Position numbers and translations under genes: made by a program
In this document: positions 49,761-62,136 of the stretch, piece after piece
Layout: each line of letters begins with the position of its first letter
How positions within the stretch are numbered: the first letter of the stretch is position 1
From: Chlorokybus atmophyticus
Lineage: Eukaryota > Plantae > Mesostigma and Chlorokybus algae
Assembly (NCBI GenBank): GCA_009103225.1
Contig: RHPI01002503.1
Coordinates: forward strand, 935,585-999,584
Direction of reading: 5' to 3'
Length of the DNA: 64,000 nt
The notes under the pieces: model-generated
What the model was told of the DNA's origin: nothing
Seen by the model: only the letters and a program-made list of their open reading frames with translations
The model's database searches: none

Positions 49761-50428
49761 GGTCTTTGATTCTTGCACCCTGCTGTTCAACTATGCAATG
49801 CAATTACGGGCTGAGGTCCTATGCATTGATGCCACTTGTTGGTTTTGTTTGCTGGCTGCCTTCTGCTGTTTCTGATGTAGTCTGGATTGCTGGGATTGCT
49901 GGCGTAGACCCGCAATCAGAACCTGGTGATGCTCTTGCAATGTCTTGTTGTCGTGTGTCAGCTTGTTATCTGCCACAGCAGCAACAAGTGAGATATTGCT
50001 CCTGTGATAGACAAGCTTTCTGGGTGGCAACTTACTTGCCAGTTTGAGCGATATATTTGCTTGGTGAGCTTGTGGAGCATTACCGTGATGCCGTATATCA
50101 TATGATTGCTGCTTTGAAGCAAGCAAGAGAATTTAGATTAGATTAGGTTCCACCTAGTTAAGGTTCCACCTAATTAAGCAGGGGTCAATAATCGCAGATG
50201 TGTAGTTGATTAGTAGCTAGCAGCGTACCTGTTTCCTCATCCACAACATATGACGCCGTTGTGAAAGCTCCCAGTGGCTTGCGACCGCGCTTGCGTGGTG
50301 TCAGCGTCACTGGACCTGTAGGTCATGCTGCATGCACTAGCGATATTACTTGCATGTGTGTATTCGGTTATCATGTTGCATGCAGTTAACACTAGTATAC
50401 CCTGAGGTGCTGGTAGTGCCAGGATTGG

Positions 50429-51420
50429 TGTAACGGGAGCAATCATAATAGGGGTATTATTGCTACTTAAATAACACATTCTGTATGAATAAGTATTTAA
50501 TTATGACTTATTTATACCTCTTATTTATACCTCTACGGTTCCTCGCTTATCAAAGGCTATGATGCTTTATCATAGCTTAAATAAGTCCCAATGGGTGTAG
50601 AACCGCTTATTCAAGCCTATTTAATATCACATTTGATAAAATGTGATTACTATCTCGTTGGGTACCTTACGATGGGTATCTTTCAATAGGTACCTTATCG
50701 TAGGTACCTTATCTGAGCTGTGATTGGCTCACGCTAGATTTCCTAACTACCCTATCTGTAGGGTCGATGTTTAGATGTGAGTTGATTATCGAGAGGTGTA
50801 TATTTAATATACTCTTGATATAAAAGGTCGCAAACTGATGTGACCTCACTTTCAGTTCTCTGCTCAGTGGCGGCCACGCCGCTGAAAGGCTTGTTATAGG
50901 CGGTGTAGGTGTTGGGGTAGAGGATTGAAGGGGCATCACCGGCGACGGTGGTGCTGTTACATTAGTATCCAAGAGCTGGGGGGTGACGTGAGGACTTATA
51001 TATGGCGGCAACCTGCTTCCGGCCAATCAGAAGGCGGTGGCGGCAGCCTCCCATTCGTCCACGTGCCCTCAAGTTTAAGTTTGCTTCCCTGCGCTACCTT
51101 CACGTCTCAAAAGCCATCAAAGAGGCGGCGTGTAAAGTACCCCCTGTACACAGCTTGCCTGCTTGCTAGTGCACGTGTGTGTGGGGATTTCATTTCATTT
51201 TCATGCACACATCCGTGACTGCTTGCCAACTGCTTCCTTGCTTGCTTGCCAGCTGCTTGCCGGTGCATGTGTGTGCATGTGGCTTGCACATCATGCAGTG
51301 ATTGCCACTTGCTTGCCTGTTGCTTGCCTGCTTACACAGCTGCTTGCCAGCGCATGCGTGCCATACATCACTGCTTGTCATTGTACTTGCCAGTGCCTGT
51401 CACAGTTGGTCACTGTACGG
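50429..51420 (+). mobile_element. Older truncated copy of the same chromovirus family (LTR 50429-50961, PBS and part of the leader)
   Basis: TGTAACGGGAGC...GTGCTGTTACA, roughly 90% identical to the young LTRs by eye; followed by TAGTATCCAAGAGC and leader-like sequence. Confidence 0.93.
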
Positions 51421-52249
51421 CACGCCGGCGTTGTCGCAGGACCACAGTTACTTTGCAGACAGAGCACGCCCAAACGCCCTTGCTGATTCCGCTGCTGGTG
51501 CGTTGCATGGTCCCAGGTTTGTCATTGAGCAGATGAGAGTTTAACTTGTTGAAAATGGCTTGAGTGTCGAAGTCCATGCTGCAGAAACAAAGCAACGGTA
51601 GCAAGTTTTGGCATCTCTGCTTAGGATAGTATGATGCTGACGACAACAGCATTGCACATGCTATGAAACTTTAGGTCATATACCTGGAAGTCACGAATTA
51701 ACCGGAGGAAGATGAGGTTGACGCTCTCACAAGCGCCTGGGGCGAAAGTAAGATGTGCTACCGGGAACCAATAACAGAGACCAGCAATGGGGAAAGATAT
51801 ATATGCTCTGTGTACATGAAATGATGAGCGCATGATCACACGGTTACCAATCTCAAAGCAACTGTCATCATTTGCCTTTCTATTCACTGCAAATTACAAA
51901 ACTTGACGGATTCAACCATGATTAGCTGCTTGCAGATTTGCTAACATGTATCAAAAACAGTAGTGGCACACAAATAAGATACTTTATATTTATTCGCGGC
52001 ATGGGATCTTACTATTCACATGCCGGAAGAGACGCATGCTGTGTTAAGGTCGTACACTGGCAGGAATATATGTACCATTTGTCGCGAACCTACATTACAG
52101 ACTTCAGTCCATTTAATATGGTACAATACAATCGCAATATCTCCATATTAATGCATATGCAAGTGTATAGAGTAAATTGCACATACATGTAGACTTATGC
52201 TCTTGTATGCAAACATATGCCCTATCGTGTGACAAGATCACGTAACTGC

Positions 52250-55200
52250 TGCCACCTTACTTGTAGGTACTCCACAGAACAGGTGCCGCTTCTCGTGGTC
52301 AGGCATTCGCGTCACGCTTAGCAGCGACCGGTTGGTTACACATGATAGTGCCACATACCACAGTCCTCGTGTAGAAGCATTCTACATATGCACCAGAGTA
52401 TGATGTGCTAAAGTGGGACCCTGGGTTTTGTGAACGGTCATGGCAGAAGCCAATTGCAATGAAAATGCATTGTAACAAGTCTTGCCTTGAAAAGTGGTGT
52501 ATTTGTGTGTTGTGCCGCACAGTGCGTCAAACCCATATCATCTTTCATGTAGTCCTCACTGTCACAAAAATACTTGTAGAAACGAAATTAATCCTGTATC
52601 GCTATTGCTACAGCGCCATTGGCAGCTCCATCACTTAACCTCATATTTTTCAATGTCAGCACCTGCTGCAACATGGGGCAACAAGTTACATTTGGGTTTA
52701 TGTAACCACTCTTGTAATTCTGGCACTGCTACAGCGTCGGTATGAATTTGCAGCTGTTGTACCTGTGACTCTGAGAATTGCTTTTGCAAAACCAAATCAT
52801 TAAACAGTAAAACATCCTGTACATGGGAACATAACACCGTAGTGTTTGTGGGAATACTACTCAACACGCAGCGAGACACAAAACATATGCCAAGTACCGA
52901 TTGGTTTTTTTGCTGATGTGGGAACAAAAGAACAAATATTGGCCAACAAACATACAAATTCAGAGTCTGCAACATGGCGCATAGATACTGCGAGTTCATG
53001 TTGAACGCGAATAGACAACCATTGAGATTAAAAAATGTGGCACCTGTTATAAACTTGATTGTTGTCCTCGGTACGATGATGGCAGATTGCAGGGAGTTCA
53101 TTATAATTGTTCACAAGTATCACAACCACTTTCGTCCAAATTTCAATTTCATGAACTTACTGTAAACGTAAACACACAAGATTAAGGAATTACCCGATCA
53201 TCATGGAGAATTTATCAATAACAAACACATGACACGATGCCAGTTGCTTGCATACGTGATGTGTTGCACAATGATACGACAGGAATTGGCCGTTCACAGG
53301 AATGGCAAAATGGGTATGTGCAATTTGTGCATACGGATGTAATCGTATAGCAGCTGCTCCCATTGTAGCACTGGGCAAAACTGGTAGATCTGATGAGCGT
53401 AGCTGATGCGTAATGTGTTTGCTAAGATAGGTTTTGTCAGGACCTGGACAGCCAGAAATAATTTGCAGACTAATTGTTTGTGTGCAAATGCGTATGCGGT
53501 TGCTGATGATTTGTTGTTCTGATGTTAAAGAGCACACCAAAATATTAGCAAACTTCTAAAGGTCACATGCATTTATAACATACTCAACAAGGTTCTTGCT
53601 CCAGTGACTATCTGTCACACCTAAAACATTGAAATGTGCCACCCCACATCAGTTACAACACTGGATGTTATGGTACAACATTGCGATTACAATTTCGCGG
53701 CCAACAGTACTCATACCTGCGCGATTTGCTATTGAAATTGAGCTTTTGTTCAATGTGGACTTGGTACGGGGAAACCCATGTTGCACTGTTGACTGTATGA
53801 ACGACAACCCATCCCAACATCACGGCATTTGTGCATTTGTTTGCGCACAACATACTCATGCAGTATCTTCAATGCATCACTATGAACACTTATTTGTTAG
53901 TGTTCTTCATCATAGTCGCCCGGGATAAACGCTACTATTTCATTACAAACAGGTTCAACATCTTTTGGGTGCAACCACAACATGATATGTGCGTACAATG
54001 AACCTTGATGTTGTGTTTTATATGTGATGACATGGTGCATGACACGGCCGAGAATGTCACACTTTTTTATGTACTCTGTGAAAAAGGTTGTAACATGATG
54101 GTGAAACAAAAATGCGCACTCGATTGGGGCATCTCACTAGAACAATGACGGCGAGATTGTGTGCATGACATCTTGTAACATTAAAATCTTTGAAAACTTG
54201 GTACTGGACACTTCATCAGCATTCATTATAACACATAAAGTGGGCATGTCAGAATGCTGAACCATATACAGATCACTACGTTGCTGATGATGCCAACTGA
54301 GAGATCCCATTACATCACTTGGCACTCGATACTTGACAATGTATTTGATTGCGTCGTCGATGCTAGCGCCAGGGTGTTTGTGTATGTACTTTTGTAAATA
54401 TTCTTTGATTGCCACTACGCAACATTTTTAACCATGGTATAAACTGTCGAACATGATACATTAGCAACAAATAAGATTTGTACAAGGTGAATAGTAAAAA
54501 GCTTTGCATACAGCAAAGCATGAGATAATCAGTCAGCCTTTGATACACATTACCATCAAAAAATCCACGCCCGATAGGAAAAGCATGAGAAACAAAGCAA
54601 TTTCAATGGTGACATCATTAATATCGTACTCACCATCCGACTGTGCTTGCAACACAAGTTCAATGAGGAAATCACGTGAATGCAGATAATAACATGCAAT
54701 ACAACATCTACGTTAATTTGGGAGTTGCTGCAAACATGTATGAATAACAGCGTGGTCACAATGTAATGATGCGCATTGCTATCGACAGTGTTGATGGGGT
54801 TGCGTTTATGGTGACGTGAATATATATTCTGCATGACAGCTGAACCAACAATTGGGATACCACTTGCACCCAATGGTTGCTCTATTAACGTACTGTGTTT
54901 ATGAATGAATGGATTGGTTCTGATGAGAGCTAGCAATTTACGGACACTTTCGCGAGATGAATGTGCAGACTTTGTGCAGACACATCGGATGTGTCGCAGG
55001 ATATGAAAGGGCCATTCACCATATTCCACCGCTAAAGAGTACTAGATGCAAATGCGTAAGGATCATATAAATCGCGTAACGCAATGGATGCGTGCAACAC
55101 AAAAGCAACCGAACATCCATGGGACATGACTTTAACACCTTACGAATATAAACAACGCTGTGAAATGCTAGATAGTTTGCCTCTAGTAGAACCCGCACGA

Positions 55201-55560
55201 TATTGACAACATATGACGTATTCGTTGTGATGCCGGGTGTAAGCTGCCATAAACTTATTGGCAATTTTGTAAGTTGACAAAGACGTTGATGGCCGCATAG
55301 GTGATGCATCGGGAGAGTTAAACTGTACGACCCCACACATGGCGCAGCATTGCATTTTTAAAACAAATTCGCGTTGTACACATTGCCACACGGGCGGCCA
55401 TTGGTCGCACTGCAATTAAAGCTCATATTGCGTGTCCAAGTTGATGTGCCTAGCAGACGACATGATGTGACACTTGAAAAATCGAGTGGCTCACCGACAA
55501 TCAAGGCCCAATCGCTTCACCGTTTTCATTCACTGATCAAGTGCTGGACAAGGGTCCTTG
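52250..55560 (-). mobile_element. Decayed Helitron (Rep/HUH plus PIF1 helicase); ends not identified
   Basis: GSLSWHHQQRSDLYMV...PTLCVIMNADE; LGRVMHHVITYKTQHQGSLYAHIMLWL (HUH-like, about 53970-54020); SGCPGPDKTYL...ATMGAAA...VIDKFSM; SLQLASAMTVHKTQG...WYVALS (about 52345-52460). Confidence 0.85.
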
Positions 55561-56593
55561 CTCGTCGCCTTTTATGGCCGTGGCTGCCGCCGCTCTAAGC
55601 ACAGGAGACGGTTTTTGACATTATATGTAAAATCAGTAAAGTGCTTTGAAGTCAATCAATTAATTTAATACCATACACAAAAAGTGGCGCAATCGTTCCG
55701 CCGCAGTGCATTAATTTGAACGAACCATAAACCAGGCGGTAGCGTCGTTAAAAACGCAGTCGCCGAGCGCTGCGTAAAAAGCGCAAAAAATCTTTAGCGC
55801 GACACGACAATGACGAACGACAACGGTGCGTTACATGTCGCGCGCAGTGGCAGGCAGCAACTTAGTTACGCGTCAAAACGCGTCTCCATCGGTACGAGGT
55901 TGAAGACACCCCATACCCCCAAAGAGTCTTTGAAACTATCCTGCTAACAACAAACACACCCTATCCGTTAAAACGAGCTCTTATGTAATAGATTAATTTC
56001 GTTTGGCCATCCGGCTATACATCAGCTAAACCACAACCCACACAACTTACACACATACATAAGCAATAACATGATGCCCTGCCCTGCCCTCCGCCTAGCC
56101 TGCTAGTTGGTACTTAGTGTCGTTAATGCTAGCAGTCCTTGCCAAGTGCTACTCTGGGCCCCCACCCAAATGTTGCATGTATTTATGCGTGTGTGCTTGT
56201 GCTTGTCCATTTGCATTTGCATTTGCATTTGCATCTATTTCCTTTTTGATGATGGTGATGATGACAGTGATATCCGATGAATAGAGACACTTAAAATCTA
56301 CAACACAATTTCAATTTCATCATGCATGGTGACTTAGCGTGTCGGTGCAAATAGCACCGACACAAGGGCGCGCGTACACCAGCATACACGCACACGTACG
56401 TACATGTACCCCCAGGCGGCGCACGCTTACCGGTACTGGAGCGCCGCCTATGTTCCATGCACGTTGAACTAACGGCGGGTGTATAGGTCGACGTTGTGGC
56501 GGTGGGCATTGGCGTTGGTGGTGGTGTCAGTGTTGGTGTTGGTGGTGTGCGGTGGCGTGGCGTAGCATAGGTAGGGCTGGGGCGGGCGGCGAC

Positions 56594-58766
56594 ATGGCGG
56601 TGCCGGCGGCGCACCCGGCGCACACGTCCGTCCACAACGACGCCGCCGCCGCCGGTAGGGAAGGAGGGGGGGATGCGCCGCTGGAGACAGGGAAACTTGC
56701 GAAGCTCTTAGCTGCAGCAGACCGCAGGGTATGTGTCGCAAATATGTCTGGCATGGGTATATATACAAACGTACGCATCACCCTACACATACACATTTGC
56801 GCGTGGCAAATCATACCGCTTTTTGCCGCAGTTGAGCCTGGGGCTGCTATTGGCAGCAGCCATCGATTGTAAGCTCAATGCGCGACACACTGTGCGCACT
56901 CTTGCAGCCTCTTCCCTTGTCCTAGATATTGTGACAATTAGGCAATGCCACAAGCAGCCTACTCCTCATATGTGGCTTACCATTGTTCTCACCTGTGAGT
57001 ACGCATGTTGACACGCATGATGGGGATTGTGAGTGACCAATACAAACTTGCATTGAAGGAAGAAAATGCACAAGAATTCGTTGGTATTCACAAGAGAAAA
57101 TCACTTGAATGCCAGTGGAGGGCGTGCACATGCATTTTTACACGAAGCAAGAAAGCTTTGCAGTTTTATGCAATGAGCCACCCCTGCCTTTACTTATTCT
57201 CGTTATTCTCGTATGTAGATTCGTGACAAAGCAATCCAAGCGGTGACGCTGTGGTTGACCCGCCATCACGGCGTCACGAGCGCGGATGTGGCCAAACTCT
57301 GGCGCGGCCTCTTTTACTGCATGTGGCACTCTGACAAACAACCCGTGCAGGTGACTATGCCAAAATATTCTCCGCTCATGTGTTGGTATGTTACACGTGT
57401 TGCCCAAAAGGCTGCAACAATGCAGGCAGTGCTTGCTGAGAGGATTGCGGCGTTGGTTCATGACTTGCCGCTGCCGCTGGCGGCGCTCTATTTTGAGGGC
57501 TTCATGGCAACAATGCATCGCGAATGGGCAGGCATCGACCGTCTCCGTCTCGACAAGTTTTACATGCTTGTGAGGCTCTCCCTTCAACACATGCAGAGGT
57601 ATGATGCTAGTAACATGCTACTGTCGTTTGTGCCTGATCGATACATATGACACAATCACAACATCACGTTGATGTTGTATTTGCGTAGGTATGTGGCGAC
57701 TCACAGTTGGCACGCAAAGGCCCTTAAAGCTTTCACCAACCCATTGAGGCACACGCTGTTGGACGACATACATCCGTGCCAGGGTTTGAACCTGCACATA
57801 GCAGACCTTTATGTGGACACGTTGACCTCGCAAGAAGAACACAACTTGTCACCCCCACCCCCACAAGCCCTCTTATCCTTACTTGAACCCTTTCTTGAAG
57901 TGGTTACAAAGTCAACCAACAAGACGCTCGTCACGCGCGTGTCCGAGAGCGTGTTCACAACGCTTCTGCCGAGCAGGTTGACCGTACAGAATTTGGCCAA
58001 CAACATACCTGTTGCGCAGCTCACGCATCGGTTGTTTAATCATGCCTCTGCCCCGGGCGTGTCCCAACGCAACCGCAAGGCTCTATATGAGTTGCACGCT
58101 AGGTACAAAGCCGAGAAGGTCCCATCAACATCATTACCAACCAGCAACGGGAGTGTTGAGGCAGCAGCCGACGCCAAAGTGGCAATCAAGAAAAAGCAGA
58201 AGAACAAGAAGTTGGCTTCGAGTCCAATGGACCAACAGAGAACCCCCACCCAGCAGGCTTCTCCCCCCACTCCCATGCTCACGGCCTCAGCGGGCCACAC
58301 GCCGGGCGCGGGCAAACAGCACAAGAACAAGAAGAGTCTCCCCTTTTCAGACAAGGAGCGTGATCAGGGCAACGGTGTGGACGACACTCCAAGCGCGTCG
58401 GGTAGGAAAGAGGAAGATTGCGTGGCAGCCACCACCACTCCCGGCACGAGCGGCGGCAGCAACAACAGCAAAGGCAAGCACGTGAGGTTTGCGCTGAAGA
58501 GGAACCAAACTTTCCGGTTGGGAATGTCCACCACGCCGAGGAAAACACCTCCCCCATCCGCGGTCTTGGGAGGCACGCCCAAGGGGTCTGCCCTCAAGAA
58601 GGTGTCCAAGTTCCCGGACGCCACTCCTGCCACCCCCGCGTCACTCAAAAAACAGAAGAACAAGAACATCAACAAGAAGAAACGAGCCAGAGAGTCTACT
58701 TCCGGCACGCCCGGAGGCCGAGTCACACCCATGGCAAAACGACCCAAGGCGTCTGATTTCTTCTGA
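56594..58766 (+). CDS. RRP1: Ribosomal RNA processing protein 1 (Nop52 domain) with a Lys-rich C-terminus
   Basis: LAKLLAAADRRIRDKAI, KLWRGLFYCMWHSDKQPVQ, TMHREWAGIDRLRLDKFYMLVR. Confidence 0.93.
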
Positions 58767-59790
58767 TGCTGGCCATTGAAGCCTTTCGTTTTGTTGCAGA
58801 GAGTTTTGCTATAGCAAAATTGACTTGGGTCACTCGACCCAACTCTATGCCCCGATAGCACAACGCACCTCGAGGTTCAGGTCTGGCTACCATACAAGCA
58901 CTATAACTGCACTGTATACTGTATAACTGCACTGTATAGTGTAAGTTGAGATGAAGCAGCAGTACTGAAGGTTTACTATTGCTAGCCGTGCCATGCAGTC
59001 AAAGTTTGGCAAAAGCAAACTGAGATCAATGTGCGTACTGCTGCACATGCGACCAATGTATCATATGTACAAACAATGCGAAACGGAGATGTGCGCGTAT
59101 ACATGGCTGAGCTGGCATGCACAACTACACGGTGCAGCTGGGAAGTGTCAGGTTTCTAGCTATACGGTCTATTACCTACTTGCATTGCGCTTCGTGCACT
59201 TGCGTTGCACGAAGAGCAATGCAAGTAGGTGGCAGACCGTTTGTACATAGTGTTGACATATCTGAGTACAGAACTGCGGACCAGCAAGCTGCCGTTGTGC
59301 ACCAATTGTATATGCATTGGAAGCAGTGAACCTGGTTCTTGCGCTTGCATGTTGTCATGCAGGTGTGCCTTGAAGCGCCTCCACTTTTGTGAGGGCACAA
59401 TGGCATACTTTGTTCCGTTGAAAACATGCAGTTGTCTCAACGCTACTGCGTGTCCTCAGAGGCATGACAATGCTAGATTAACAAGCTCGAAGTCTCTGTT
59501 GTTGTTCGGATGTGAGGTTGCTACTATTGACAGATGTAGTCATATCCAGTCAAAAACGCAACCACCATTGCAGCAAACCCCCACGTGGGCAGTACATGGT
59601 AAATTGCTATTTGCTATACCCGGTAACACACTGCTGCCACATGATGATGCTCAGCCAATGTTCATTGCACGCAAGCCACCGCTTGAGACAGGCCACTATT
59701 GCACACTTTACATGGACCTAACTGCTGATTGTCGCTAACATAACATTCCAAAGACCTGAAGCAGGACAGTCTGCACAAGTCCTCGCGGCG

Positions 59791-60636
59791 TCAAAGCCGG
59801 GCATGTTCAGGCAACTGCGCGGCCTGCTTGGGTTGCAACATTGGAAGCGAGCCCACGAGACGGTACAGCAGCCTGCACATGGCTTTGCCTGCGTTTCCTA
59901 TCGCCTGGACAGTGAGAAGCGGCCTGCTGCCGCCATTGACATAAGCAATGTACAGAAACGCATCATGCAGCTCGCCATGGACAGTGTAGAAACCACGAAG
60001 GCGTCTCAATTTGGTGAAGCCCAGCTTGTGGTATAGCGCCTGCGCTGCCAGGTTGTAGCAAATGACGTGCAGGTACACTGCTCGGCAATTACTCAGTGCC
60101 TGTGCATGCTCGGTGACTTTCTGCACCAACATGGATGCCAGCCCGCGGTGTCGGAAAGAGTGCAACACTCCCAGTGTCAGAATGTATACGAGCCTTCGGT
60201 CTTCACGCAAAACAGACGCGAGCTCAAACCCTAGCACGTCCGCATCGCTTGCATCAGAAGCCTTGACCACACGGGCCGTCACAAAGCTGACCAGAACACC
60301 ATCCTCAACTTTGATGCCGGCCAATGCATCTGCATCGCGCGTGTCTGCATGCGTTGCCACACCTGCCCAAGAGATGATGCCACGCGTGTTCACAGCTGAG
60401 ACGTAGAAGGACTCTTCGTAGTCGATGGGGAACATCGCGCGGTGGCATTGCTTGAGAGCGTGAAAGTCGGATGGTTTAAGCGGCCGAAACTTGATTGAGG
60501 TTTCACAGACTGACGGGTTACACACTGCGTTGGCATTATCAAGCCCGCGTGGCGACACAGGAGGTAACAGCATCCCGTCGTCCTTGGTTGGTGTCTTTGC
60601 GATGACAACTGCATCCATTATAGCCTGATTGTCCAT
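59791..60636 (-). CDS. NAA60: N-alpha-acetyltransferase 60 (NatF/MCC1-like GNAT), intronless, 281 aa
   Basis: FRPLKPSD, FPIDYEESFY, LVYILTLGVLHSFRHRGLAS, AVYLHVICYNLAAQALY, FYTVHGELHDAFLYIAYVNGG. Confidence 0.92.
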   Translation of the reverse strand: MDNQAIMDAVVIAKTPTKDDGMLLPPVSPRGLDNANAVCNPSVCETSIKFRPLKPSDFHALKQCHRAMFPIDYEESFYVSAVNTRGIISWAGVATHADTRDADALAGIKVEDGVLVSFVTARVVKASDASDADVLGFELASVLREDRRLVYILTLGVLHSFRHRGLASMLVQKVTEHAQALSNCRAVYLHVICYNLAAQALYHKLGFTKLRRLRGFYTVHGELHDAFLYIAYVNGGSRPLLTVQAIGNAGKAMCRLLYRLVGSLPMLQPKQAAQLPEHARL

Positions 60637-60689
60637 TCATTGCATGCACGTGGCAGCTGGACACCAACGCTTGGCTTGCTGCCACACTG

Positions 60690-61327
60690 CTACACTTTGA
60701 GCCCCGTTGCCTGCTGCTCTGTAGCAACCACGTCCAATGCTCTTGCAAGCTTCGCACTATCCTTTTCTATGGCTTTCAGCCAGTTTTCGAAATCGCCAAA
60801 GTCCTGAATAAGTTTCACATATATTCCTCAACAACTTGCCAGCGTCAAAATATATATATATATAGCAGTAGCACAGCAGCCTTGCACTGCTTTAGCACAA
60901 CCGGCACCATATTCTGCTTGTGTGAATGGGTGCACGCACTGTTGTTTTTAACAACTTGCGTACCAACCTTCAGAGCAGCGTCCAGTGAGGTCAGCAGAGT
61001 CTGACCGCTTGCCGTGTGCTTAACAAAGGCGTTGGCAGCACCGTGGAGAGAGCGCGTCTCAGCCTGCACAAGTGGTGTCCGTTGTTGCATCATATGGCGC
61101 ATGGGAAAGCAAGCGTCGTCAAGTGTCCAACAGAAACATACCTCTAGACGACGCTGAAGCAGGAAGCAGTTTGCCACACCAGAGTTCACAGCGTCGACAC
61201 AACTTTCGCAGAAGGCACCTGCCATAGCCCCGGCGACACGCCTTGCCTGGTCTGCAAAGTGTGGTTCAGTTGCCAACGACGAAGGAAACCGTAGATCAAT
61301 CGAACACTCAGCTGTCCTCCGCGACAT
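60690..61327 (-). CDS. BLOC1S1: BLOC-1 subunit 1 (BLOS1/GCN5L1); exons 61142-61251 (or to 61327), 60968-61063, 60690-60803; start uncertain
   Basis: VDAVNSGVANCFLLQRRLE/AETRSLHGAANAFVKHT...LDAALK/DFGDFENWLKAIEKD, phase-consistent. Confidence 0.85.
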
Positions 61328-62136
61328 CACATCCTCAGAAACAACACTTGAAGTGACATAGCTTGCGCTCTGAAGCAAGCGACCTCAGCTGGGCTGGGAT
61401 TGCTTCAGAAACCTCTAGTACTCCTGGCAAATCTAAACCAAGCAAACTCAGTTGTTTGCCTCCACCGCAACAACAACCTAACCCTCAATAACAGATCAAT
61501 GGATGGAGATTGCGTTTTGAAGCAATTGCCCAGCTGTGATCGCCTCTCTATAACTCCATGCTGCAACACATGGCCAGTTGCTCTGCAGCAAGGTAAGCGA
61601 TCCGGCTGGGATCGCTTGCCTTGCTGCAGAGCAAGGACTCCATCACTCTGTGGCAAATCCACGGCGACACTGCCTGCTGGCATTCCAGCACATGTCGTCG
61701 CTTCAAGAGCCAACAATGACTTGACGATGACTGCGCTGCTTATTGTTGAGCAGTGCGGCACACACGCGTGTAGCGCACTGACCATTGTTGTCCTTGAGGG
61801 CCAGCTGCCGGTGCGCATGCTCTCGCAGAAGCGCCGCAAACATCACACATGAAGCGCTCCCTAGCAACCAGCAACTCAGACAAGCAGGCCCGGCAGGCCG
61901 TGAGGCTCACAGGCGGCCCCCCGCAGCTAAGCTTGCAACGCAGCTGCCACATTCAAACTTGCAACCGATCAAACACAGTCAGCTGCAGCGACGTGGTGCA
62001 CGCTGCAAACCTCATAAGTTGGGCGCAGCCGGGCATCACTAGCTCCTGCGAAAGTGAGCAGATTTGCATGCTAAGCAGGCATTAGGGTTTCAGCTGTGGC
62101 GGTGGCGGCGGTGAGGGTGTCGTTGTTGTAGGGCAG

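Noticed and set aside
58900-58941. Short direct plus inverted repeat after RRP1
   Set aside because: A 17-bp duplication in a 3' UTR with no further support for function.
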